From assembly GCF_000143415.4 (NCBI RefSeq), contig NW_003314265.1, positions 2,026,777-2,090,776 on the forward strand: DNA of 64,000 nt, in the 5' to 3' direction. Source of the stretch: Selaginella moellendorffii. Taxonomy: Eukaryota; Plantae; Lycopodiophyta. The position numbers and the translations under genes are program-made. The notes under the pieces are model-generated. The model did no database searches. It saw only the letters and a program-made list of their open reading frames with translations, and was not told the DNA's origin. Within the stretch, counting starts at the first letter, position 1, and every line of letters begins with the position of its first letter. Positions 52,673-64,000 of the stretch are shown one piece after another.

Positions 52673-53500
52673 GATTGTTCTTCTAGCGCATGATTTGAAG
52701 AGAGTAGCCTAGAAACACACAAGAGGAATTGTCTGGTCGAAAAGTTCGCAAGCATGTGTAACTTTTAATGCTATGGCAGGGAGAAGGTGGTAACTTCTTT
52801 TCATCACAGAACAAAAAGATTTGGTGGGCGGATGCGTTCGATAGGCTTTTGCAGATCTCTGGTGGTTTGTCACTTTTGTTACTTGAACTAGAAAAAAAGG
52901 GTAGAAAAGACATGCAGAGGACACGTGTCAATAATAAGTATCTTATTGGTACATATAGAATAGTAGTATGAGAAAAACACAAGCATTGGATATTTCACGA
53001 ACTGTATGCCTGCCCATAGCAATGGCTGATGTCATGGGCAGAATTTCAAGCCATTCAAGAGTGATAATGTGCAATTTGGTTCTTTTGCCATGCCTAACAA
53101 AAACAAGAGGTGAGAATATAATGCTATGGAGAGGTTGTTATAGTGTGCTATGGAGAGGTTGCAATTTTGTTAGAAGACCAAGAGGCTAGAACACGTTCAC
53201 CCAGCTTGAATGGATAGTCGTGGAGGTAATGGATGGGCTTCACTACCATTAGATTGCATCTAATGCCAGACAAATGCTTCTATGTTGGTCATGGATAAAA
53301 GTAGAATTCTTAAGGTTTAGAGTGATAATAGAATCATATGCTTTACCATGCTAAGCTATAAAGGAATGTTAAAGTATAACTATGAGTCACTCCACTTTTA
53401 GTTTATCAAGTATTATCACATTCACCATTGCTTTCTTTTAAGGCTATAGTAGTATAGATGTTAAATCCTGGAGATTGCATTCCACTTAGTGACAAAGGTA

Positions 53501-54082
53501 TGTAGGTAATTAAAAAGAACAACTTGAAAGACAAATATAAAAAGACAAGGCCCATAAATAAGAATGCACCCCCTTTTTTAATGGGTTAAAAGTATTAGAA
53601 TATTTAGGGTTAAGTGTCTTTGGGTTTAAATAATATTAGGCTCCTGGAAAGGCTAATGTGAAACACCAAATCCCTAGGCCCCAAAGTAGAGCCGAAAGGG
53701 TGCCACATGGTAGTAGCCGAAGCGAAAGCCAAACGAGCATAACACGTTTGGACTAAAAGCTCTGACTTGAAAGGTCGAGAGCGGGAGTAGAACTCCCAAC
53801 AAAGTGCTCGAAGAACGAGCACAAAACAAGCAATAAATGAATCTCTAGAAAAGAGACACAAGAGGACCCAAGATGGAGTTCGAGATGGATCCGAGTGTAA
53901 GCTCCTAGATTTGGACTTCCCGGGAGGTCACCCAACCTAGTATTATTCAAACCCAAGACACTCAAATATCCCAAGACCTTTAACCGATTAGAAAAACGGG
54001 TGCACTCTTATTCATTGGCCCTTTCCCTCTATATTTGAACCCTATGGATCGTCTCTCAAGTTGTTCTCTTTAGTTGCTTACA
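53501..54082. repeat. About 580-bp element with about 145-bp imperfect terminal inverted repeats (TG...CA ends)
   Basis: 53501-53645 is the approximate reverse complement of 53925-54082 (agaacaacttga, aataagaatgcaccc, ggttaaa, tgggttt(a/g)aataata). Confidence 0.75.
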
Positions 54083-54235
54083 TCGAGATGGAATCCGAGA
54101 TGGACCCGAGATGGAGTCCGAGATGGAGTCTGAGGTGGAACCGGGACCGAGACCGAGACTTAAGTCCGAGTCCGAGTCTGAGACTATGACTGAGACCAAG
54201 TCCGAGTCCGAGTTCGAGTTTGAGTCCGAGTCTGA
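54083..54235 (+). repeat. Degenerate hexamer array (CCGAGT/CCGAGA)n
   Basis: Directly visible; reverse-complement-like to the array at 57778-58021. Confidence 0.85.
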
Positions 54236-54239
54236 ATAC

Positions 54240-56975
54240 TAATACAGGCAATGTGGGGTTGGAGTCTAGTGGAGCTAGTTTGGCCAGGAAAGGCCAATTT
54301 AGCCCAGGAAGGCTGTACTCAGTTGTTGGGTGATGAGTTGACCACTAGGAAGTCCAAGACTAGAGTGAATACAAACTGACAAGCGGGGTAGTTTGGTGAA
54401 GTGTTCAAAAGTCGGCTTTAGTTCCCCTGGGAGATCGAATGGTCGATGCTCCTAATCTAAACATGGGTGGCACTACATACTTGGATACCTTGTGTGGCTT
54501 AATGGAACCTTGCTTTAAGCCCATGGCTAAAGCACCCAAATGCGGAAGGCGGGGAGAGTACTCACAAGGCTCGCGTAGAGCCAAGGTGTTCTGAAATGTT
54601 GTCCCAAAGGCCCAGACTATGGAAAGAAAGAGGTGCAGTCCTCTAGTGTAGTGACCAAATATACAATTGTGTGGTGAGGAAGTCCTAAAGGACTATGAGA
54701 CTTAGTGGTCAGGCTTGGTAACCTTGAACCAGTGGTAGTGTTGGCAAACACGGCCATAGACAGGAAGGGACTTGGAGAGGACCAAAAAAGGGATATTAGG
54801 GAAAGCTATTCCCCATGTTTGTGGGCATCCTAAGGATGCTAAAGAGTGGATATAATATAATCACTCATGGATGGATGGCCCAATCTTTGAGAGACAGGAC
54901 TGTGATATAGGTGGTGTTAGATCATCAGTATGACCAAGGTGAAGGGGCATAGCCTTAGCGTAACGGGTTGATATGTCGGTGGTACATTGGGGTGTCGGTC
55001 GTGGGATCGAACACGTGGAGCACTTGGATTAGGTGCAAAGGTTAAGTGGCATTAATGCCATTCTCGAGGTTAGCAAGCCCTAAGTCCTGAATTAGACTTA
55101 GGGAGGTTATGAATGCGACTCCTGTAATTGGTCAGTGGTGTGGTTAAGTGATTAAAGTAGAATGGAAAATTTAATCGCTTACAATTTGATATCGGAGCTG
55201 TTCCTTAATCTAACTCTTATTAGTGGCCAAGTATATCACCACTTGTATTGGCATCAAAAGGTCCTAGGATTGGGCCTATCCTTAAAGAACAACATGTCAG
55301 GAGGACTTGGCTCCCCACTACAGTTTGTGTGTGAACTTATAGGCAACGTGGTGGATAAAAAAGGGCCAGTAAGGGAATGACTTTAGGATCTTGGGAACAA
55401 TATAAAGGTTTCCTTAGAGAGTTGAGGATGTGATCCAGATAAGTGTTTGACTCAGTAAACTAGTTAATGTAGTTGTGATAAACAAGTATAGTTGGGATCA
55501 TAGGAAAGATAGAGACTCCAAAACAATAAAGGAGTCACAAGATTATCCTTATATAGTTGAGGTTGGTGCTCATGAATTTAAGACTAAAATTAATTGACCA
55601 TGGGAAGTCAAATACGGAAGAGGACTCAAGTCCTTGAAATGGTAGTGGGGCTACCTTTAATAAATGCTGGAACAACCCAAGGAGTTAGGGGTGTACTTAG
55701 AGATGAGTTGGTATTCTCATCACATGGACAAGTAGTCATAAGGGGCAAAAGTTGCCCCCAGAAAACAAAATCAAGTGTCAGAATAACACTTACAAAAATG
55801 GTCCTTATGAGTAGGATATGAATGCAATAAGTTATATTCCATGGTACCTAACAAATAGGACCTTACGGGTTTATGGATTAGCCAAGTCCAAAAATGCTAG
55901 ATGACTCGAGTAAAGTTAAGGAATGGTCATAAAGGATTAGTAAAAAGCATTTGGACTAAGGTGTGTTGTGCCCCACGAGGATTGAAGAGGATCATAAGAT
56001 CCAAGTATGGGAATAGTGAGTATTTCATCAATAGTAAAATGTGCCATACTAAGTTGTGGGGAAGGTGTTCCCAAAAGAAAACAACTTTGACACAAGTTGT
56101 GTGTAAATTCTATAGTGCAGTGCTAACAGATGGTTGGTATGAGAAAAAATTGTATTGGTTTTAGCAAGGACCTAGACATAAATAAGAAGTGTCATAAAAG
56201 TAAGCTTGTGAAGCCAATAGTGTGGAGACACCGAATGTGCCAAAGCATGATACCTTAAAGTGAGTTCATAGGTTCATGAGAACCATTTCCCAAAGGAATT
56301 CTAATGGAAATGAGAATGGCATATCCTAAGTTGGAAGGCATGCAGTTAGAATGTGGTGACCCAGATAATAATGGAGGTGTGAAAGCACCAGCACTGAGTT
56401 GTAGGACTTGACAACTATGAGGCAACTAAACAAAATGTGTCAAATAATCAGTTTAACTAGTAGAAGGTAGCTACCCAAGACTTCTAGCATAAGGAAGTTA
56501 AATATACCCTTATGGGGGATAAATTGCTTATGTTGCAATATAGTAAGCCAATGTTAAAAAAGGGAATGCTCATTGTCAAAGATGCCAACATTAGAACACC
56601 TAAACACTCTAGAACACTAAGAGGTGGTGTTTAGTGTCGCAAGGGCAATAGATAAGGCCCAAGGGACTAAGTCCCTAACAAATGATGGATAGAAGGTGTT
56701 ATCCAAATGTCTAAAAGTTGCGGAGACGAGAGAAAACTATCTACCTAAATTGGACAAAGCCAAAATTGGAATTTTGGCAAGGCTAGTGATAGATATATAA
56801 AGGCCCATAAGTAGCAACGTTAATTTTGGTGTGTGGGATTATAAGGTGAGCATACCCGGATTGAGAAACCACTCCCTAGGGTATCAGGTAAGTTCATCCC
56901 TAAAAATACTTGCTAAGGCATGGTAAAAAGTGCAAAACTATCCTCCTAGTCTAGAGGAGAATAACCGAAGAAAAG
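54240..56975 (+). mobile_element. Highly decayed probable retroelement internal region
   Basis: No intact ORF; homologous to the 20850-21330 remnant; serves as the target of element 2. Family assignment is weak. Confidence 0.4.
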
Positions 56976-57777
56976 TGTAAGCCACAAATTTTTCCTTTCC
57001 AATTTGCTAGCTTACCTTGTCTATCCGACCAACACTGCCTTAGCTTGTGCTAAATTCCCTTTCCAAGGTTCTCGCCTATTGTACCAGCTCCTACTTGGTC
57101 CTACTTGGTTTCAGCTACTCACTGCATGACCAACAGAGTGTTAGCCATCCATCTACGGATTCCCAAATCTCTCTTAATCCCCCTCCCCGGGTTAGACTGG
57201 ACTTAAGGTTCGGCTACACTCCCCGCAGGCACAAGCAGCCAAGCACACCAAGCCTCCAAGTTCCTAACACCCCTTGGTACGACAAGACTTGATTATGGGA
57301 CCCTCTAAATCCCAAGCCTTGGGTGCAGCACTTGCTTCGGGACGTCGAGGCGAAACACCGTGGCCTAACGGCCCGATATGGGTACCTCTACCCCCCCACT
57401 TCCATCCCAAAGGGAAGGTCCAAGCCCCTAGGAAGGGCAAGGACCAATGAGCCGCATGGTACTCAAGTGGGGCACCACTCCACATGAGCCGGGAGCACCG
57501 CAATCGGTTTCCCTTTCGGGAGTGGAAGTTGCTCTTGAGCACTTCCTTGGATGGCCCCTCCAGCACCAACCAAGTCCATACTCACTCCCACCCAAGGCCC
57601 CTCTGTCCTAATCTCAACCTCAAGTCAGTTTGGAAGCTCCACTGGAGAGTCCCTTCAAAACTGGTTCCTGGACCTCACTATCCTTATTATACTTTTGGAA
57701 CCCCCTGCAGCCCCCCCCCTTGGGAGACGCACGCTTTGGGCTTTCACCCCTTGACCCGTATTAGTATTTGGATTTAG

Positions 57778-58021
57778 TCTCTGGCTCGATCTCGGACTCG
57801 ATTTCGGATCCGACTTCGGATTCGGTCTCGGACTCGATCTCGGACCCGATTTCGGACCCGACCTCGGACTCGGTCTCGGACCCGATTTCGGATCTCGGAC
57901 TCCGTCTCGAACTCGGTCTCGAACTCAGTCCCCGAGTTGGCCTCGGACTCGATTCCGGACTCTATCTTGAACTTGGTCTCCGAGTCGGTCTTGGACTCGA
58001 TCTTCGACTTGATCCTATCCG
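57778..58021 (+). repeat. Degenerate hexamer/12-mer array (TCGGAC/TCGATC-like) in the LTR region of element 2
   Basis: Directly visible tandem periodicity of 6 nt. Confidence 0.88.
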
Positions 58022-58882
58022 ATGAACTCTTTGTCATTTTGGTCATGCTTTCGGGGTTCCTTTAGCCTACGACACCTCGGCGAGTTGGTTCCTTACAACT
58101 CCACCACCCATAGAAGAAGTTCGATGCCCACATCGAACGTCTCTCTTTTGATCCTACGACTTGTTGACCATGTCTCCAGGGGCATCCCCCCACTTAGCGG
58201 TGTGCCTAAGTTAGCCTCCCTGGCCAAGAGCCCATGACAACGGAATATAGGTGTCCTTATACTCCTCACCTCACCATGCCCTAGTATAGGGTCGGGACTT
58301 GAACCCAGCCTTGCTTTACTAGGGGGTTGGGACTCGAACCCAACCTCCGTAGAATACGTCTACGGATTCGACATCCCCGCAGGGAGTCAGGCGTAGCTCC
58401 CTACGCTTGGTCGACCTAGCTAACCCATGCTAATTAGCTTACCTTCGGCGCACCTTCAGGTCCCAACATATGCCATTGCTCAACTTCACAAATTGATACT
58501 TTAATTGAACTTTGCATAAGTACATAGAGTTCTGCCTTGCAGAAATTCCTCCACTAGATCTCGCGCATTTGCTAGGTTCTCCTCCGGTTCCCATGTTGCT
58601 TCGCAGTGTGGAAATCCTTTCCACTTCACATGGAATTCTCTCACCTCGCATCCTTGTCGCTTGCTTTTGTGCGCATTGAGGATGGCCTCGACTTCGTATT
58701 CCTCCTCTCCTTGAATAACCTCAGGTAAAGGTCTTACTTGGTCCTTGCGAAGCGGATCCTCAAAATACGGCTTGAGTAAATTCACGTGGAACACGGGATG
58801 CATCTTCCCCATCTCTCGAGGAAGTCGGAGTCGGTAAGCCACTTTACCGATTCGAGCCTCAATCTCGTAAGGCCCCGCAAAC

Positions 58883-58934
58883 CTGCTTAAGGAACTCAAG
58901 ATCAATTCATTTACAGGAATACATGCATTTTTAC
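58883..58934 (-). other. 52-nt GT-AG spliceosomal-type intron in retrotransposon integrase (phase 2)
   Basis: CAAAG|GTAAAA...TTCCTTAAGCAG|GTTT; removal restores KLTQ-R-FAGPY. Confidence 0.8.
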
Positions 58935-59352
58935 CTTTGGGTCAACTTCCGACTGATCCCACTTGGTAGCCTGAGGTTCTTGGTGTTCAGCCACACCTTC
59001 TCCTCAGCTTGGAACTCTACGTCCCGGCGCTTCTGGTTCGTGTACTTGGTTTGCCTTTGTTGCGCCCGTTCTAAGGAATCCCTCACTAGATTCCAAATGT
59101 TGAGTCTTTCCGCCGTGAATGCCTCCACTACGGGTAGCTCTCCATGATACTCGGCCACACCGAGTTCCACAAGACCTTCAATAGCTCGCCCATTGATGAC
59201 TTCCCATGGACTCACCCCGATACTCGAATGTGGTGAGTTGTTATAACACATTTCCGCAAGTCCCAAATGACTTACCCAATCGGTCTGGTCTCCCGAGACA
59301 TAGCATCGCAAATAATCCTCCAGCTGCCTATTCACCCTTTCCGTTTGTCCGT

Positions 59353-59399
59353 CTGTCAAGAAGTGTTAGTGCCACCAAACTTGACTTAATACCCCATAC
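59353..59399 (-). other. 47-nt GT-AG spliceosomal-type intron in retrotransposon integrase (phase 1)
   Basis: ACAG|GTATGG...GCACTAACACTTCTTGACAG|AC; removal restores [10 protein letters not shown]. Confidence 0.8.
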
Positions 59400-62300
59400 C
59401 TGTCTGTGGGTGATAAGCTGTGCTGAATTTCAACTTGGTGCGATACTGTTCCAGGAGGGTCCTCCAGAACCTACTAGTGAAGATCTTATCTCGATCTGAG
59501 ATTATCTCTTCCGGCCTGCCCTGCACTCGAACCACTTGTTCGAAGAACAGTTTTGCCACACCTTCCGCATCCACTTCCGTTGTGGTGGGTATGAAATGTG
59601 CCATTTTCGAAAATCGGTCCACCACCATGAATATCGCATCAAACCCCTTGCTTGGGGGAAGTCCCGTGATGAAGTCCATCGTAAGACATTTCCACGGACG
59701 ATTTGGAATTGGGATGCTTTGCAACAAGCCCCCACTAGCCTTAGTCATGGCTTTGACCTGCTGACATGTTGGACATGTCTTTACATAGTCTTGGACGTCC
59801 TTAGCCATATCTGGCCAATGGTACTTCCTTTTGAGTAAACCCATCGTCTTGGGCACTCCACCGTGTCCCGCAAGAGGCTCGTCATGACACTCTTCTAAGG
59901 CTACCTTCCTTAGTTCCCCTTCTGGAACATACACCCTCATTTGCTTGTAATAGATGAGTCCGTTGCGTTCCACATAGCCCGTTTTCTCTTCCGTTGGCAG
60001 CTCACCTCTCTGGTGAGCTTCCCGTGCCTCTAGATTCCTCAGCAACACTTCTTGTGCTAGACCATCGTTCTCATATGCTGTCCGCACATCGTCCCAGAAG
60101 GTTGCTGTTGCACTGGATATCACCAACCTCAAAATCGCTTTTCGACTTAGCGCATCTGCCACGATGTTGCTCTTCCCAAGCTTGTATAGAATCTCACAAT
60201 CAAACTCGGCCAAGGCATTGGCCCACCGACCTTGTTTCCCTCTCAGGTCGGGCTGTGACAAGAAGTGTTTCGTTGCCACATTGTCCGTGTAAACCTTGAA
60301 GTGTCTCCCAAGGTAGTGTCGCCACTCCTTGAGCGCCTTGACCACCGCGAACAATTCCTTCTCGTGGGCAGGCCACTTCTATTGAGCCTTGTCCAACTTC
60401 TTCGAGAAGAACGCTACAGGATGGTTGTCTTGCTTCAAAACTGTGCCCAACGCAAAGTCCGAAGCATCCATGTCTACCTCAAAGTCCTTACCAAAATCTA
60501 GTGATGCCAACACAGGAGCCTTCCTCAACTTCCCTTTGAGGTGGACAAATGCCGCCTCACATTCCATTGTCCATACCATCTTCCCTTTTCCGGTTTGGTC
60601 CGTTAAGGGCAGGGCTACTCTCAAATAGTGTCTGATAAACTTTCGGTAGTAGTTGCATAGCCCCAAGAACGCCCTCAACTCATGTACATTCAATGGTCGC
60701 TCCCATTCCTGGATCGCTTGGACCTTCTCCGGGTCCACCTTGAGCCCGTCCTAGCCCACCACATGCCCGAGAAACTTTACCTCTTGTTGAGCAAAGTCAC
60801 ATTTGCTCTCTTTAGCATACAGTTTGTGTTCCCTTAGTTTCTCAAACACCTTCGCCAAGTGTTCGGCATGCTCCTCTACCGTCTCGCTATAGATCAGGAT
60901 GTCATCGATATAGACGACCACGAAGTGATCCAGATAGGGTACAAAGATGTGGTTCATCAATGCCGAAAACGTTGCCGGCGCATTGCATAGCCCGAAGGGC
61001 ATCACCAGAAACTCAAAGCTCCCATACCTCGTTCGACAGGTTGTCTTCTCGACATCTTCCTCGGCTACCCTAATCTGGTAGTATCCTGACCTTAGGTCAA
61101 TCCTCGAGAAGTATTTTGCCTTTCCCAACCTATCGAACAGGTCCTCAATTCTTAGCAAAGGGTACTTGTTCTTCTTTGTATACTTGTTGAGCAACCGGTA
61201 GTCTATGCACATGCGCATAGAACCATCTTTCTTTTTCACAAATAGCACTGGCGCCCCTTATGGCGACTTGCTCAACCTAACATACCCTTTGTCCACCAAC
61301 TCCTCTAGTTGGCACTTGAGCTCCTTGAGTTCTTTTTCGTTCAAATGATAGGGGGGACGAACCACCGCCTCAGCACCCTCGACCAGCTCAATCTTATGTT
61401 CTATCGGTCGTGCGGGGGGCAACCCCGCCGGTAGCTCCTCCGTGGAATTGGTCCAACACCCACTGGATCACCAAAAGTACTTCTTCCGTTCCTGTCTTTT
61501 TGTCACTCTTCACCAAGAGTAAGCACAAAAAGGCTGCCTTAGTTCCTTTGGTGAGTTGTCCTTTCGTGGACACCAGGTTTAAGCAGGAATTTTTGGCCTT
61601 GCTTTGCCCTACCTTTAGATCCTGGGCCTCCACCCTAGATCTTCTTCCTTGGGCATTCGCCAGTACCACAAGGTTCCTACTTTATCCATGCAAAGCTACC
61701 ACGAACCGATTAAACCAATCCATTCCGAAGATCGTGTCAAATCCCACCATGTCCAACACGGTGAAATCCATGTCTACTTTCCATGTCCCTACTTCGACTC
61801 TCGCTTGTCGAAGTACCTCATCGGTGCTTTGGCTACCTTGAACAAACTCTATAGTCCTTGGTTCGCCTAGCCGCTGCACCGTTAGTCCGGCTTGCCGGAC
61901 TATGTCTGCAGCCACAAAATTATCCGAAACACTCGTGTCAATAAGGATCTTAACAAAGCTACCTCCGAGCTTCCCTTGGAGGGCTAGTAGATGTCGCGAA
62001 CGACTCTCTACCAAAGTTGCTCGTGTAATGAGTAACTTTGAGTTAGGGACTGGATCACATACCTCAATTTGGACTTCACCCGACTTAATGGCCATATTGG
62101 CTCTGGCCTTCTTCGGGTAGGGACATTCCCTCGAAAAGTGTCCCGCTTCACTGCAGTTGTAGCATACTTTGTTTCCCACGCTGCTATACGACTTGACCTT
62201 CTTATCCGTGGGTTTGTATTTTTTCGCTTGACTCCCCCACGTACTCGTTCGCTGGCCACCGGATTTGCTTTTCCGGAACCCCGAGGACTCATTCTTAGAG

Positions 62301-64000
62301 AAACTCTTCTTGAATTTCCCCCTGCTATACGTTCCCCTTGGTTTTGCCCCTTTGCTAAACGTGGATCCCGACCCCGTCGTGTTCCCCTTTTGCAGATTAT
62401 TGTTGAAATGCACTTTGATGGCCGCATCTAACGCTTCCTTGTAGTTGGTCGGGTTCCACCGCATCACCTCACCGCGAGCCCAGGTTTGCAAACCTGATAT
62501 GAAGGCCTGGAACGCATCCATATCCCCCATGTCCGTGACCAGTATCCTCTTTGCCATTAACCCATTCACACATTCTTGGATGGTTCCAGTCTACTTCAGC
62601 CTACTCAACTCACCTCTCAGATGCAGAGTGGCATTCGGAGGAACGTATGTTGCGCAAATCCTCACCTTCATCATGTCCCAAGTGGCCACCGGTCCTTCGT
62701 TGGCCTCCGTCGTTCTCCACCAAGACTTGGCATTATCTGCCAAGTATGGTTTTGCACATGGGACCTTCTCCGAGCTTGGTAATCGCAACGCTCGGAAGTA
62801 GTCCTCCATATCGTAAAACCAATCCTCCACCACTTTATAGTCATTCACTCCCTTGAAGACCGGTGGGGGCTTTGGTTTGTACTTGGGAACTGCCTGAGGG
62901 ACTGATTCTACTTTGGTCTGTTCGACCTTGTTTGGTTCTGCCTCAGTCCCTGCCGAAGGGTCCGCACCTTCTGCACTGCCAGCATCCGCAGTCTTTCTCT
63001 TTTTCTTCTGCTTCTCGTCACGCTTTAGCTTGCGTACGAGAGTCTCCAGCAGGGCATTGGTCTGTGCCAACTGTCCTTCTAGCACATCCAATCGAGCCTT
63101 GGACGACCGAACCTCGCCACCGGACTCCTGTTTGGAAGTTTCCTCACTAGAGCCCTCCTCATGCAAGGATTCCTCATCCATAGCCTTTTGTTCGACCGAA
63201 GGCTCCAGCTCCGGCGGAGGTTCCATCTCCGCCTGGGTTCGTTTACGCCCTGCCTTTGCCATCTCCCAGCAATCCGCTTCTATCCTTCGCTAGAACTGAG
63301 GAAAAGGCTCCGATACCAAATTGTAAGCCACAAATTTTTCTTTTCCAATTTGTCAGCTTACCTCGTCTATCCGACCAACACTGCCTTGGCTTGTGCTAAG
63401 TTCCCTTGCCAAGGTTCTCGCCTATTGTACCAGCTCCTACTTGGTCCTACTTGGTTTCAGCTACTCACTGCACAAGCAACGGAGTGTTAGCCATCCATCT
63501 ACGGATTCCCAAATCTCTCCCAATCCCCCTCCCCGGGTTAGACTGGACTTAAAGTTCGGCTACACTCCCCACAGGCACAAGCAACCAAGCACACCAAGCC
63601 TCCAAGTCCCTAACACCCCTTGGTACGACAAGACTTGATTATGGGACCCTCTAAATCCCAAGCCTTGGGTACAACACTTGCTTCAGGACGTCGGGGCGAA
63701 ACACCATGGCCTAACGGCCCGGTATGGGTACCTCTACCCCCCCACTTCCATCCCGAAGGGAAGGTCCAAGCCCCTAGGAAGGGCGACGACCAATAAGTCA
63801 CATGGTACTCAAGTGGGGCACCACTCCACATGAGCCGGGAGCACTGCAATCGGTTTCCCTTTCAGGAGTGGGAGTTGCTCTTGAGCACTTCCTTGGATGG
63901 CCCCTCTGGCACCAACCAAGTCCATACTCACTCCCACCCAAGGCCCCTCGGTCCCAGTCTCAACCTCAAGTCGGTTTGGAAGCCCCACTGGAGAGTCCCT

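Larger units (their letters stand above)
56976..64000 (-). mobile_element. Ty3/gypsy chromovirus LTR retrotransposon (element 2), decayed, with two introns in integrase; 5' LTR runs off the window
   Basis: LTR copies start tgtaagccacaaatt at 56976 and 63322 (about 94% identical over about 680 bp). PBS TGGTATCGGAGC at 63307-63318; candidate PPT near 58185-58195. Contains gag, CYNCSEAGHFSREC, IDTS protease, YIDD RT, RNase H, IN and chromodomain, with several in-frame stops and a frameshift. Confidence 0.93.

Noticed and set aside
57768-58046. SD-rich and RD-rich ORFs
   Set aside because: Translations of the hexamer tandem array in the LTR region, not proteins.

Overview
Gene-dense plant genomic DNA with very short introns (about 45-80 nt) and tiny intergenic spacers. 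Together with the microbial-type terpene synthases, this points to a lycophyte, most likely Selaginella (inference). In order, the window holds: the 3' end of a kinase, DEP1, an unknown gene, a class-B ARF remnant, an ABC1 kinase, FtsHi2 and HISN7 head-to-head, mitochondrial RPS18, and an aminotransferase. Next come two near-identical intronless MTPSL terpene synthases flanking a nested Ty3/gypsy block, then a UspA-domain kinase, SirB, tRNA-Glu and CBP60. A tandem array of BAHD acyltransferases interleaved with an unknown small repeat-protein gene follows, then decayed repeats and a second chromovirus. Most striking: the integrase of the second Ty3/gypsy element is interrupted by two host-sized GT-AG introns (59353-59399 and 58883-58934) whose removal exactly restores conserved integrase motifs. 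Also notable are the MTPSL + BAHD neighbourhood (a candidate terpenoid-ester cluster), a His-less BAHD kept intact in two copies, and the unknown 12-aa-repeat gene paired head-to-head with it. All coordinates and difference counts are by eye.
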